From NCBI GenBank assembly GCA_002633005.1, contig NMRA01000014.1, forward strand, positions 1,336,838 through 1,400,837: DNA of 64,000 bases, read 5' to 3'. The position numbers and the translations under genes are program-made. Each line of letters starts with the position of its first letter. The stretch's first letter is position 1. Shown piece after piece: positions 11,801 to 26,800 of the stretch. The stretch comes from Phoronis australis. Its lineage: Eukaryota; Animalia; Phoronida. Below the pieces are notes generated by a model. The model searched no databases, was not told the DNA's origin, and worked only from the letters and a program-made list of their open reading frames with translations.

Positions 11801-14800
11801 CCAGCATTTGCAGAAAATCTCATAACATAGCCATAATATCCGTAGGAAAACGATCTCGGTACTAATAAAGCTTGTGACCATTCACTAAAGGTCACGCATA
11901 ATTGCTATTATATTTCATAAATGCTTAATTTGTTCGCCATTTGACTGTCCTTTGTAGTTTGCAGAGTATCACTGTCTAACGAGTTATAAGCATGTTAGCA
12001 AAATGACATAACCAGAAATCACATCAATGGAATGCAAGCTTCTCACTGTAACAGGCAGTTCTTTCGTCTGATTTAGAGGTCGGCGAATCAGGCGTCATAT
12101 TTGATTTTTGATCAGTAGACCACGCGTCCTATCTACTATCAGATCAGAGGTCCGATCTGCCATATCTGATCGGAATTGGACATTTTATCCCCTGATCCGT
12201 CTTCTCGTCACCCACTCTCAAATCAAGGGAGATTTTTGTTCTTACCGTAAGAAACCACTGACGTTAGCCCAATAAAAATCGCCAAAACGCAAGATCACGG
12301 CAAGACCTCGAGAGATATTGCTATGAGTATACACATAGGCCAACACACGCGAAATTTAACTTTAAGACGCTATAAACCGCCTGTTTTGGTGTTGAAAACA
12401 GCTTTCTTCACAAGTGTATTTGTGCTTCCAAAGTAACGCCATCGCATTCTCATCCTATATTTAATATGGAATGAGTTACAAAAATTGCCTGTAATTTCCC
12501 TGATGGCCATGGCTTGGCGACTCTTCAAAACTAATTGTCATGATGCATGATCTGAAGCAATGATATGAAGACCAGTCATTTCTTCTGAAGCCAAGACATC
12601 ATTTCTAACTTGATTAAGGAGGATGACAGAAGTCCGATTTTTATAAAGAATGTGGCCGGAATCAAAGGCTTTTGTCAGAAGGCACAGGTTTACTGTGTCT
12701 TTAATATATTTCTCGTTGGGTAGAAACAAAAATCAAATTAGGCTTTTTCACTCTCTTAACATCGGCCTGGTCGTATTCCTTAGCTGGATTGGGGCATATT
12801 TCTATTACCAAAACGAATTAAAAATAGTGCATTGTTACACATTGCCTGTGACTGAGTTGTTGGCTCATTCAGCTTGGTAATGAATTCAATATTGATACTA
12901 AGCGGTGAAATGCAACTTTAACTTAATTAAACGATCTGACAGTTTGGAACTTCCATTCATATCCATACTATGACTTGTAACAACCTAAAATTCACTAAGC
13001 TGCAGGTCAAAACTATTATAGAGTAGCACATGGTATCGAGTGATGGCCGCACAAAAAAGGCTGCTGTAGTCAAGCACGGATGTGCATGCATGCAAAACTG
13101 TTAGACGTATTTAATTCTTTAAAAAACACTAAACTTCACAATTAGTTTACTCTCGTAGATTCATTCGACTTGTTTTTCTTAGTTCACGTAGACGAGGCGC
13201 ACCCCAGCGCATACCACCGGCTGCGTTTAGCTTGACAGCTTTGTAATTTTGAATTCTTCTTATGCAGGGTCCATCGGCTGTTTTCCTAGGACCAATGAAA
13301 GTGGCATCTTCCAATTGGCATCAGTTCACATGACGATATCTCTTTGTATTGAGCAATGTCGGGCACACCATGCAGTGTTTGCTTCACTCCAGAACTCAAA
13401 CTGTTGGTGCGACGGTGAGACCCCACTGACGTTCGATAACTCAACGGGTGTAAACATGACGCATTGTTCACTACCATGCCCCGGTAATGAGGCTCAAAGG
13501 TGTGGAGGACCGTCCTTTCTTTCAGTCTTTAGAGTGGGTAAGATGAGTTTTATTTGACTTTAATTGAACTGTTTCTAGGAAAGTAACGACTGGCCTTTAG
13601 TTTTGGGAACCATTTCATGATGCAGGTACTGTACAACCAATACCTTATCGAAAAATACCGGCATCGAAATGAGAAGCACTCGGTGACAAAATCGCCTAAA
13701 AACTGATGGCCGATCAGGTAATTTTAAAAAAGCACCTAAATCCATCAACCAAGCTGTGGAACCAGAATTTTTTCCAGACTGACTGAAAATTTCAAAAGTT
13801 CTTCCCATTTACAAAAGTAATGACTTCGGACAAAAACGCAAATTATTTTACAACTCTCAGTTCGGTTTTAGATCTAATATACAGCTTATAATCATTGAGC
13901 TAACAGAATTGGTGTTTACATGTCTTTACAATGATTGTAACCGATCACTATTTTTATAGACTTATCAAATGCATTTGACACCATTACGAAACACGAAACT
14001 CCTTACTTAGTCTTAATGACATATCGAAATAAATTCATTTCCAAATTTTTACTACAGGTTTAAAAATAATTTACTTCCTTCTTATTTTTGGGACTGTAAT
14101 TTTACCGAACTCTATCAATTTTGTAGAATTACAAGAAATGTGATTAATTTTCCCATGTATAAGTGTTTGTTGCTGACTCGGATGGAATACGTCAATATCC
14201 GCCCGAAATATTATCTACCAGTTGTCGAAAATGGTTAAACGAGTACCTTTTTAGTAAACAGTTATCTTTTCCTCCCGATATCGTTGATAAAATCAGCCCA
14301 CATAGTAGTCATGTTTTCTCAAAGTGTTTTTTAAAAGTATTGTTGATTACAATGGTGTTTGTTCTCTTTATTGTTAGGTTTTAGTCGCAACTTACCTTCC
14401 CTTGGCTAATTCATATAATCACCATTCACTTTACTGTAAGGATTTTGAGGCTGCCATGTCAAGTTAGTAAATACAATTAAATACCAAATCATTGGATTTT
14501 ATTGGTATCGCATTCTTTCCACAGGTTAGATTAGACTATAAACATTAGTTTAGATTAGTTTTTGTAATATTAGATAAGACCATATTGCATTTTATGTTGT
14601 AACCGTGTCTTTATTCGGATACCTCTTGTCTATATTTATTGTGCATTTAAGTCACATTCAAAATTATTTTTTAAAGAAAAATGATGTTCACCACTCAGTG
14701 ACCCGTGCGATGATGAGAATCACAAGGTGTCGCTTTTATTTCACCACGAGCAATTCAGAAAGCGAGTATCAAAACTCTAGATGATTTGGGCGATCTTCTT

Positions 14801-17800
14801 AGTTGTTGTATTGACTGTTTAATCCTGTTATTTTCCATACGTTAGGCCAGTTTCAAACCGCCAAGTCTTGTCATGATCTGCAGCACAACAACGTCCTGCT
14901 GTCGAGCGAATATATAATTCAGTCGGAAAACGGAACGGAACATCGAAAAACATGTGACATGGGACCAGGTAATGTTTTTGTGCAACACTGCTTTGGTATG
15001 TTCCATTCAATAGAAAACTTCTGATGCGAGCCTACATCTTATACTAGTAGTAGCTGACCAACAACCCGAATTCTTTTGGGTTTTGGGATAGGCCGTGGTT
15101 GTTTGCCGTAAGTTCAGTGACCCCCGCAGTAGAGACGATGGTCAACCCGGCCATAGGTCTTCCATACGCCCGAATCTTTTCGATGAAGTATGCCTCGTCC
15201 TAATAAACGATCATGTTACTACAGGTACCTTTTGAGCAAAGAGGTACACTTTCCAGCTCGAAAAAATACTCTCGCAATCAAACTTTTTTATAGTACTTCG
15301 TTCCTGTTACCTAATTGGCAACTGACCGTTTTTGTAATACTCACGCCAGTAGTGGATATGTTATCATACAATGTGATTTTTTACTATATCTATAAACTAA
15401 AAGAACAAAGAATATGAATGATAATAAAACATAATAAAAATATTTTTATTGATCGCAGCGCTCGACGCTTAGCTAAACGGCAAGTCGCATTTGGCGACCT
15501 GGCAAAAATCCCAGGTCGCGAAACGGAGGTCGCCAAAACAGAAAATCCGGGCTCAGGCGTCCAAATTTCGAGGTCTCCTATCCTCCTATAATCCGACATC
15601 TTAAATGTCAATTGTCATATAGTGTTTGATTTTACGTTATTTCTGTTTCTGTTGACAAAGGACGTTATTATATCCGAAAATTTCAGTTGATCCATTCTTG
15701 TTGTTTTATTTACCTATTTGTATTCTACATTTCGTGAAACAATAGTATCCTTGGGAGGATCTGGATCGCCTTATTTAGTTTCAGATTTATTTTCTATGCT
15801 AATAAAATAACGTAAATCCTAACCAATCTCTTTTCAACTATAGGCGATGATATAATTCACCAAACAAAATTGATGTAACCATTCACATTAATTTTCCTCC
15901 GATTCTTTGGCACAAGTTGAGGTATGCTAAAGGAGAAAATGGGTGATCATGAGGCCAATAATTACAAAAATTCTTTAAGCTGAACAAAATTTCACCAGAT
16001 TGCCCAAATGAATATTCAATTCCAAGTTCACGCATACGTGATCTTATTAAGCAGTTCACGCACAGCATCCCCCCGCTCCTCCCGGATTATCCCCGTAAAT
16101 GCCTAAGAGTAGGCGTAACTTCATGTTCTAACTCAGGCAATTACATCGCCCTGGATGCCGCAGGCATACAGGGACGATAGTACATTACCACAAAAAGTTA
16201 CGAATTTCAAAATACAGGAAACAAAATCAAATGAAACGTGCATACATGCACATGGATTTGTAATTAACACATACCATATATATTAAGTCTGGAGACGACT
16301 CCGTCAAGCGCCGACAAATCGTTGAAAATCTGGTCGCACTAGAGTTTGCTCGAGTTTCTCTCACCGGATGCCATTTTGAGGACGTAACGCGAAATCACGC
16401 GTGTTGACGAATAAAAAGTCCAAGGGACACAAATCTTACAAATTTCCCCTGATACCTTCTTTCATGTGTCACGCCGCCAACGTCACGCGCTTTGCTCAAG
16501 GCACTCTCGGCGCGCTAGCCTTGTGACTCGGTTGAAATACTTTGTGATTCGCGCGTGTAGTGAAAAAGTTAATGGTGACCAAAAAAGTGGAGCTGGAATT
16601 CTTCGCCAAAGTCACCTAATTCTCGTAGCTAAACTTTATCGAAGACACCGATGCGCGTAGAAGTAGAAAGGACCGGCCTCAGTGAAGAAAGTAAGCGTTT
16701 TTTTAATGAAAAATTTTAAGTGTGGAACGTAATATATTTGACGGATTTGGCCTATTCACGGGACGAAATTGGAAGTATTGTAGCCCCCGGCCTAACCGGC
16801 TAGTCAACACTTAGCCCCTAGGGTTGGCCGATTAGGGGCTACGACTGAATACTTCCCATCGCTTTGTCAGTGTGCGAATTTCGTCCCCGTGTATTTTAAA
16901 CGGCCGGTACTCGGCGGTAGGCCAAATCCAACCATCGACCAGTAGTTTTCACCTCTTCAAAATACATGCCACGCTTAAAACTATCGCGGGCCAACCGAGG
17001 GGCTACGTGGCCTTTCTAACTCAAGTCGATCCTCCCGCCAGCGAACGAAAATGCACAGAACGCAAGAGACTGGTGGCGCGAATTTCGCCGATCTTGCACT
17101 GTTTTTACCGAACAATTCCGACTTTTGTCTGCTAACTTCCTGTTGTTATCATGTGGTGGGAAATGCGTGAATTCACGGAATCAAAAGAAATATTGTGAAT
17201 CGAAGGTATGTAGGAAAACTGTTAGTAATTTAAAGTTTGGAACGAATTTAGGGAGAACTGTTTGACTTTACTGGTCGCAGTTGGGAGTTCGTCACGAAGT
17301 TCGTGGCGACTTGGCGGCCACAGGTGGCAAAACACTGTGACTATCTAGGTCGCATCGTGGTCTCTGACAAGACAATGAAAAAGCGCAACACCCGGTTATG
17401 AGGGACGTGTCGAAAGTGAGGGATGCAATGGGTAAAATTCAGTTGAGAGATTTAAGGCACATACCTCTATATGACTGACACTAAGAAAATGAGTCTGAAA
17501 CATGTACGTGAGTTTACAAACAATGGAAATTCATCTTCTGAGAGCCAGAACTCATGGGATGTGGTAGGCAATGACCATCGCCTCGGGACAACAGAGGCGA
17601 TGGTCATTGCCTAGGGATGTGGTAACATAGACCAAGTCGGCACTGTGTAGCCCTGGCTGGACAAAGGAATATGTGGATCTGTCTGATAAAACTGGGGTCC
17701 TGTACAGTGGGGGGTCTGTTGGAAATTGTGTTCGATATGTTCTTTTCATCTTTGTAACTGTATTTTTGCCAATTCAAGAGTGTGGTAATTGTTATCTCTA

Positions 17801-20800
17801 ATCTGTATGTCGACAGTGGATTTAGGTCAAGTCATTAGGGAGGCCCATCATTTTCATTTTGTGATAACTGCATGCACCACCCGGCCAACTCGCGCACACT
17901 CACAAAAGTACATATGCCCACGATTAACACAGTGGCGGATCTAGGATACCGTAAGGGGGGGGGGCCAACGTGTTGCCTCGGGAAAAGTTCAGTGTTGGGG
18001 GGGCATGTGGACCTTCCGTTCACAAAATCTATCGGTGGACTAAAAATGGAAACACGATTCCACTGCGACCTGGGGTCTGAGCCCCCCTCAACCGATCCTA
18101 TAGTTAATGAATTACTCTATAGTTTCTCACGCTTCATGCTGGTGCTGTTCCATTTTACTTGCAGCAGGGGGGTGGCCGGGCCCCCTGGGCACCCCCCTAA
18201 ATATGCCTATGTAACAACAACATAATAAATACCAGAATATATTTCAATGTCATTTTTACTATTAATTTTTTGTTGGAGACGTGCACTGCTACCACCATGT
18301 TTCAATTAAGACTTAATTACTAGAATTAGTGCGAGTAAAACAAAGTTCGCGGACATATGACACTTTTATTGCGGAACAGAAAAGAGGCTAATTGGATACT
18401 AGCAATGCCATCTATTGACTGGCGATAATACTGTGCAATATTGAAACGGGGGACCCTGGGCCCTGCCCTTAATCTGCCACTGTGTCTTGTACTTACTTTA
18501 CAACTAAAGCATGTTATTTTCCGATTAATTTTGTTAAAGAAACATATATTACAAATGATATGTTTCGTGGAGATTAATTGAATATAAATGTTGGGGTAAT
18601 GGTCGGATATAAGTGCCAACAAAACCAGTTTTCTCCACTGAACAACAGGCATCAAACTGGTTCTCAAAATATGGGCTCGTTATATCCGACTATTGCTGAT
18701 TGTGAGTGTGAGTGCATGCTGGCACTATTGCAGACAATTTTGGAAAGTTTGCCAATTGGTTATTTGATTGAGTTTCTTCGCTATATGGCTTATCAGTTGA
18801 AGTTGTTACAGATTCCCTGTATCCTGTAGTGACCCTGTTTTGTTGCCCTTTTGTTGGTTACAAGGCTATGTTTTTATATCATATCCGTTGCCATCATCAC
18901 CATGCACCACCATCATCACTGTTGCCACCAGCACCATCATCCTTGACTGTTGTTGTGCTGTTCTCTAGAGTGTTTGCAAAAATGAAAATTTTCTGGCTAT
19001 GGGTACTCATCCAATTCTTTTAAAATTGTGTGATTATCATGATAATGGGGCAATATTTTTTTCCTGTCTTATTGTCAATGAACTCTCGCCAGTGTTTTGT
19101 GGTGTGTAACACATGTTTACATATGCATGGTCTGGTTATGAATTATTTGCAATAGACTGAGTAGATAAAAGTGCAGTCGGGTGTGTCCATTGTGAAGATG
19201 TTGTCAATTATTCATGGTTCATCTCTACCAAAGTAGAAAAAGTGAACAAATCCGCAATTGGAACATTAAGCACAGGCAGGTGTATACTTGCCAAGTGTGC
19301 TGATGGAGCTCCTGCGATCTGTTGTCTCTTTCTATCTCTGTTCAGCTGTCTACATCTTGTTGCTTTCAGTTGATGCATGTCCTTCATCTTGGATTTTTGA
19401 CAATGGAGCGTGTTACAAGTTTTATACTGGAAACAAGGACTTCTGGTCAGCTAGCGATTACTGTAGGTCATTTGGTGGTCACCTGTTGACAGTGCTCGAC
19501 CATCAGCATCAGTTAACTGTTAATGGTCTCCTTGACGCTGTGCGCTATTTTGACAATGAGAATTTATGGACACTTGGTGGCTACCTGCTTTCTGGTCAAT
19601 ACTATTCCTGGTCAGATGGAGCTTTGTGGCAATACGAAGATTGGTTGTCATCGGAGCCAAACACAAACAAGTCTTGTGTGGTGTATGACAGGGTCAACAA
19701 AGGCTGGGCCAGTGTTGATTGTGGCGATCGCTTGCCATTTATCTGTCAGATGCAGAGTAAGACTGAAAGAAAGAATGGTTGCTATGACATCCCAAGTCGT
19801 GAAGTATCTGTGTATGAGAATAGTTCTGGTAACACTGCTTCACTGTGCATTGAAACATGCAGAGTTAGCAGTAAACTGTATGCTGCTGTTACTGAAAGTG
19901 GATGTTACTGCACAGATGTTTTGACTTCTCAAAGGCCTTTGACACAGTGTGCCTCACCGTGTCCTGCTAATAAAGCTCAGCTATGTGGAAGTAACAATAC
20001 TGCTGCTTACTTCTATAAAATAGGTGAGTCAAACAGTGTTGTTTTTGTTTATATATGAGAGTTCACACTTTAACATAAAGGAGAAGGCATATTTGCTTAA
20101 AGTTATGTGGGACCTTGCCGACTTGCTGGTGTATTTAAAGAAATATCTACAAAGCTAGAGATTTTAACCCAGTAAGATTATATATTTTCTGAAAGTAGAA
20201 AGCAGTATAGTTAACACAACTTTCATTGAAAACATGACTAAACTTTTTGTTTGAAACCTTGGTACTGCATCACTCGTAGTGTCGAAACAATATCCTTTTT
20301 TTAGGTGTGCAGTTATGTAGCGAAACACTGAGAGACATTACAAACAAACAAATTAAAACACTAGTTATATTTCCAGACTGCATGTCTCATCATCAGCCAA
20401 TAAGTGTAATGACACTATGAGAGACTCGGTATCAAGCTTTCAAACAAAAAGTTTAGTCAAGATTTCAACGAAGTTTATTAAAGTAGACAGCCTGTAACTC
20501 GATTTTTGTCTTCTAATCTGCTAATAAATTGAATCATGTGACTGTCTTTTTAATAGAATTTAACAAAAAAGAAAGGTACATCCATACGAAAACAACGGTA
20601 TCAATTATGCGACCAAAATTTTACTTGATATAAATGTACAAATGAAATCTCAAAAAGCACCGTTTTCTAGATTATCGTTTTGCTATCCTTTTATTCCACT
20701 TATGAGTTTTTTCTTAAAAAATCGTATAAGTCCTGTTTTGATAGCCTTTCATGCAAAAGTGAAAATTTTCAAAACAATAATCCTAACAGCATTGATGAAA

Positions 20801-23800
20801 GCTAACCTGCTGTGGTTGAGACATAACAAAAATATATAACCGGTGTGGTAAACTTATGTAGTAACTTCTCTTGACAATATTACAGTGTTTTCCACAACAG
20901 AACATTCTATCTGGATCGGAATTACAAAATGCACGTACGTGTTTGAAAACCCATGTCCATAATGTGGAGAGTTTATGCGTTAAGTCTTGGAATAATGCAT
21001 GGAACAGGTACCAAAAGGCCAAATTGTTCTAAGCTCCAAAAACGTTAAACTCGTTGCATGGATTTTCAAACTTGACGCAAGGAAGCCAAACTCGTGGCAA
21101 GATTAAAACTTGAGGCAGTGAGTAGTCAAAACAGGTTGTGGAGAACATTGTATTGGAGTAAATTAAACTTCACAGTTTTCATTTTGCCTCCAGATTCTTA
21201 CCATCCTGCACGTGACTGTTCAACACTGCACAGAGGAGGTCTACCTTTGGATGGTGTCTACAGTATTGAGCTGGCTCTGTCTACTGGATCACTGTTACCT
21301 GTTAATGCTTGCTGTGAATTCTCTGGTATCACAACTTTGATTTACTCATTGATTGTATTCATTTTTGCATGGCAGTTAAAACAATGACATGGTCCGTATG
21401 CATTGATGTACTCAGAAGATGCTTGATTAACCAAGGGGATCAATCTTTTTTGGGTGAACAGAAATGGAAAGAATTGTTGAGTAAAATAAAGACAAAACTA
21501 TTATATGAAATAATAATACAAAAATATCCATCTCAACTTCAATATTTTTCTCGATGTTAAAGTATATTTTGATATGCAATATGATGCTGAGGTATTGATC
21601 TAGTTATTGATAGATTAGCTTGTAGCCTAGTTCTAGTGGTTTGTTTGTTCAGCTTTGGCTGGCCAGTGTTGAATGTGGTATTGTTTGATCTGTGGAAAAG
21701 ACAAGGCAGTGGGAGACACTGTGCATCGTGGGCCCGGAAGGGAAAGCATGGGCCTTGAAAGTTATAATTTTAGTTATGGCATCCATATCCTTTTTTTAAC
21801 CAAAGCTTCAAATTTGCACTCCATAAAAATGCAGAGAAAAATATACCATCTGAAAAATGGGTACCATCGCTATAACAAAATTTCCAAAATTTGAGCACGA
21901 TTTCAGTGACATTTGGGGAGTATCCACTTTGCACTATGTGCACTCTGACTCTACTTTATTGTAGTGGTGGTAATTTGTCTAGTGCAAGAAATGGAGGATT
22001 TCACCTTCAGCAAAACTTATACTAGTGACTTCCATGGTTCTTTTTCAATTGCATTTCTTTTTCAATTGCATTGTGGGACGCTTAAATCATTGCAAACTTG
22101 GAGATGCGTACAATTAAACGTAGGGTGCATTTCATAGATCTATGCAAGAATTTAGCGAGTAAAGCTTGTCTGATCATATGCTTCATTTTTAAAGCATGAC
22201 AATATTTACTGAAGTCATTCGTAATCTTGGATTGTTGCGAGTTTCTTGGATCTACTGAATGCTGACCTGGGGTTTTAGTCGAAAGTTTTTAACTTCTGCG
22301 TGGATTTGCTCAAAGTTTATGTGTTCTTTTGATGCATTTGTTGCTCATTTCAATTGCTTATCGTGCGATTGTTGTTCAGTAATATTCACACCAAAATGCA
22401 TGTTTCAGTAGACCTGTGCTTTCAATTATGGTGAATTTGAGTGATAAGTGTTGTTTTTGTTTATCACAGAGTTATCTGCGATGTGACGGAATGTTTATGA
22501 GCTAACAACCATCCCACAATGCACTTGAAAAATGAAAGCTGTGCTGTAGGTGAAATTTCCCGAATTCAGAGTGCAACTGATAATCTCAAGAGTTGCTTTG
22601 TTAATCATTAGGTGATTGGCTCAATCTATTGATTGACCAATTAGTACTCTATTGATTACTTGTTATGTAAATACTTGATTTTTGTGTTTCAGCTAGGTTA
22701 CTATATATACTTTCCCTTTTGTTTTATATTCATTTGTTTCTTCTTTTTATTCCTCCTCTTTGGCTAAACATGGTTTTGAAATGCAAGTCAGTGTTTCGAG
22801 TTTACTTTCATTTTCAGACCCTGCAGTAACTGGAATCCATGTTAATGGCCATTGTTACTATTTGCACAATCAATCTATGACTGTGCTTGAAGCCAGACGG
22901 TTCTGTCTCTCCATCAATAGTCTCATCGGAGTTGTCAACAACCATATTGAAAAGCAAGACTTTATCGACTTGGCTGATAAGTTTTCGCAGCAGCCTGTGT
23001 CCAGTGAGTGGTTTGCCGGCCTATTTGATGTCTATGGTGCTGGTAGAGTCACTGCATCAGATGGCCAGCTGGTTGACTTTGACAACACCACTTCTTCTTA
23101 CAACAGAGACTGTATTATTGTGAATTCTGATGGATTGTTCTCCAACAACAGTTGGACCTACAATGCAAACCCAATTTGCGAAGTCCATCCAGGTTAGTTT
23201 TGTAGTTTTTTCATATCATTCAATGCCTTTTCCTGACATGTTTTGTTTTCTGCATACTTACGAAATGTTTTAGAAAAAATTGCACTTGTCAAAAAGTACT
23301 AAGATTTTCTTATGTTGCGATGGTACTTTCTGTACATTTACAATGCACAACAATTCATTGATAATTATGTTGCAGGAGTTGATTACACTAGTCTGTACAA
23401 AGTTAGTGGTGATCAGTGTGTTACCTGACCATCCTACTAATACTGTACATTGTCACTACTTAAGGTGGCATGTCTCTTGTGTCACTATAGGTATAAAATT
23501 GTTGCTGTTATGGAAGATTGGTGTACCCCATAGTTTCCTCATGATATTGATATGTTGTTCTGTTATGTCATTTAGTGTCCGCATGATACTGAAAAGTTGT
23601 TCTGGTGTGGCTCGTAGTGTCCACATGAGATTGAATAGTTGTTCTGGTGTGTCTCATAGTGTCCACATGAGATTGAATAGTTGTTCTGGTGTGTCTCATA
23701 GTGTCCACGTGATACTGAAAAGTTGTTCTGGTGTGTCTCATAGTGTCCACATGAGATTGAATAGTTGTTCTGGTGTGTCTCATAGTGTCCACATGAGATT

Positions 23801-26800
23801 GAATAGTTGTTCTGGTGTTTCTCATAGTGTCCATATGAGATTGAATAGTTGTTCTGGTGTGTCTCATAGTGTCCACATGAGATTGAATAGTTGTTCTGGT
23901 GTTTCTCATAGTGTCCACATGAGATTGAATAGTTGTTCTGGTGTGGCTCGTGGTGTCCACATAACAAGGACAAGTTGTCCTGGTGTGCTCCATGGTCTGC
24001 TCCATGGTGTCCACACGACTGGCGAGTTGTTGTGGCTTATTTATTGCTTGATCATATTGTTCATGTTGTAGGCTACAAAGGCTGCTATAGTGTGTCTGGT
24101 GAGGAGCCCACAGTGTCCAGCAGTGTCCACATGACAGTGACCGGTTGTATTGAGTTCTGCCGTGGTCGCGGTGACCATTACGGTGCTGTCTCAGGCCATC
24201 ACTGTTACTGTACGTCCAACATGACAAACTGGACCAGGAGACCATCTGATAGTGACTGTGATGGGGGGTGTCCTGCCAACAAGTTTCAAGTATGTGGCAA
24301 TGCGACCCTCAACTACACGTCTGTATACTACATAGGTAGGCTTTACAAAATGGGTTGTCTTCTTTATATTTTTCGTTTTGAGCATTCCTCAGCAGTTGTT
24401 GTTTCGTTTTTTTACAAACATTGTTGTAGAATTCAGTTAATAGTTTTGGCTAAGCTGTCGCGAACATACGTACCTCAGTTGAACTTTTGCGACCGCCCAG
24501 TACTGTGGTCGTTAAACTGTATCAAAGCCATAAATTGACTGATGTGTTGCTAGTTGACGTTACCACTATTATGACGGTAATCCATCCAAATTAGAGGTTA
24601 TGGTAGTCTCCAGTTATCTGTTTAATACATTGTAGATTACTATCCAATACTAGCGTCATCTTGTGACTACTTATGGGAACAGCTTGTACGAGTGGCGGGA
24701 CAGTACTACATCATCATCCCTGGTGATGAACGGCCAACATTAGTGGAGTGCTTTAATACAGGTGTTGTGATGGTTAATATACAACCATGATAGAATGTGT
24801 CACCGCGTATGATCTATTTTAACTGTAAACAAATAGATGCTTTTGTAATGAATGACTAAAAACAGTGTATCTAGCGTTGCCAACACATNAAGGTGGACCA
24901 GGAGACCATCTGATAGTGACTGTGATGGGGGGTGTCCTGCCAATAAGTTTCAAGTATGTGGCAATGCGACCCTCAACTACACATCTGTATACTACATAGG
25001 TAGGCTTTACAAAATGGCTTGTCTTCTTTATATTTTTCGTTTTGAGCATTCCTCAGCAGTTGTTGTTTCGTTTTTTACAAACATTGTTGTAGAATTCAGT
25101 TAATAGTTTTGGCTAAGCTGTCGCAAACATACGTACCTCAGTTGAACTTTTGCGACCGCCCAGTACTGTGGTCTTTATTGTTAAACTGTATCAAAGTCAT
25201 AAATTGACTGATGTGTTGCTAGTTGACGTTACCACTATTATGACGGTAATCCATCCAAATTAGAGGTTATGGTAGTCTCCAGTTATCTGTTTAATACATT
25301 GTAGATTACTATCCAATACTAGCGTCATCTTGTGACTACTTATGGGAACAGCTTGTACGAGTGGCGGGACAGTACTACATCATCATCCCTGGTGATGAAC
25401 GGCCAACATTAGTGGAGTGCTTTAATACAGGTGTTGTGATAGTTAATATACAACCATAATAGAATGTCACCGCGTATGATCTATTTTAACTGTAAACAAA
25501 TAGATGCTTTTGTAATGAATGACTAAAAACAGTGTATCTAGCGTTGCCAACAAATTCCATTAGGGAGACAGTTTTCCTACAGTCAGTGTCTATACTGAGG
25601 TGATTAGATTTGTTACAGCATAGATCTAATGGGTTTCAATTGAAAACATTAAAGATCGAATGGGTTTGAAACTGAAAACTTTCAACTTAGATATAATGGG
25701 CTTTGAATTGAAAACTTGCAGCATACTATAGATCTAATGGGTTTTAAATTGAAAATTTCCCCAAAGATGTACAGCTATTGTGTCTTTGTTGTCTTTTGCA
25801 TGCACATGTAATATACATGTACACACACTTGTTTCTTGCAGTTCTTTTTACCCAGTACTCAAACTGCCAAAAATACCTGAGTGCCGTATTGACTGTTCAA
25901 CACCCTTGTCATGGTTGGTTAAACTTGTGTGTTATGAGCATCAAACCCCCGCCCTCCCCGCCAACACGATTGGTCAGACTTCAAAGCAGCATTCTACCCT
26001 GTTCAGCTGGCTAAAACACTGGCCATCCCTAAAATGTACACAGTGCATGTGACGTGAGTGATTAGTAAGGAATTTAAACTTGACTGGCTAAATAGCTGCA
26101 AAATGCTGCTTTACGTTTTGATGTAAAAACACAGGTCTCATATATAGTGGGCGTGACCTTAACTTGTGATGTGTGCAGGTACACGGTGTGATGACTACCT
26201 TGTCCAGTCTCTACCTGATAGTGCATTCACGGGTTCAGCTGCAGTGAGCAATGGTCCAGATGCGACTCCTCGACAAGCTAGGTAACTGACTATTCACTGA
26301 ACAATATGAATTCATTAGCAGTTGTATTAATTCAGGTGTTTCTAAAAGGGGTTGTGTTTAAGTAAATAACTAAACACTCGATGTGCAGGTTTGTTTCAAG
26401 TTCTCAGAATTTAATGATTTTTCTTGCTGGTCTTGCTTCTAACTTGGATAGCTTTATTGAGTTTTACCATGGCATGGGCACGTGTTCAGCGAAATCTTGA
26501 TCGACCCATTTTTCGGCACCTTGTACGTTGTACAAGAATTGGTGGAATCATCATTTTTTACCAAAAGTACTTACTGTATTATAATATCTAAGTTGGTTTG
26601 GTGTGTAGCAGAGCAATTATTCTATTAGTCATGATTTTACAGCAATATGATAAATTGCAATGTTGTACACTGAAAGTAGTAATTTGTTATTTTAATAAGT
26701 GTTTGCCTTTGAAATTGATTTCCTCATGAAAAAAAGCTATAAAAATTAGATGAAGCATTGTTGACCAGAAGTAGGTGTTTGCCTTGATGTAATCTTAGTG

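Noticed and set aside
23280-24245. Long ORFs of 263, 225 and 133 aa with 14-aa periodicity
   Set aside because: They result from the stop-free 42-bp minisatellite on both strands and lie in the intron of the lectin gene
24894-25552. Apparent duplicated or mutually exclusive exons 9 and 10
   Set aside because: The copy starts mid-exon right after a single-N join and is near-identical, typical of a haplotype overlap artefact
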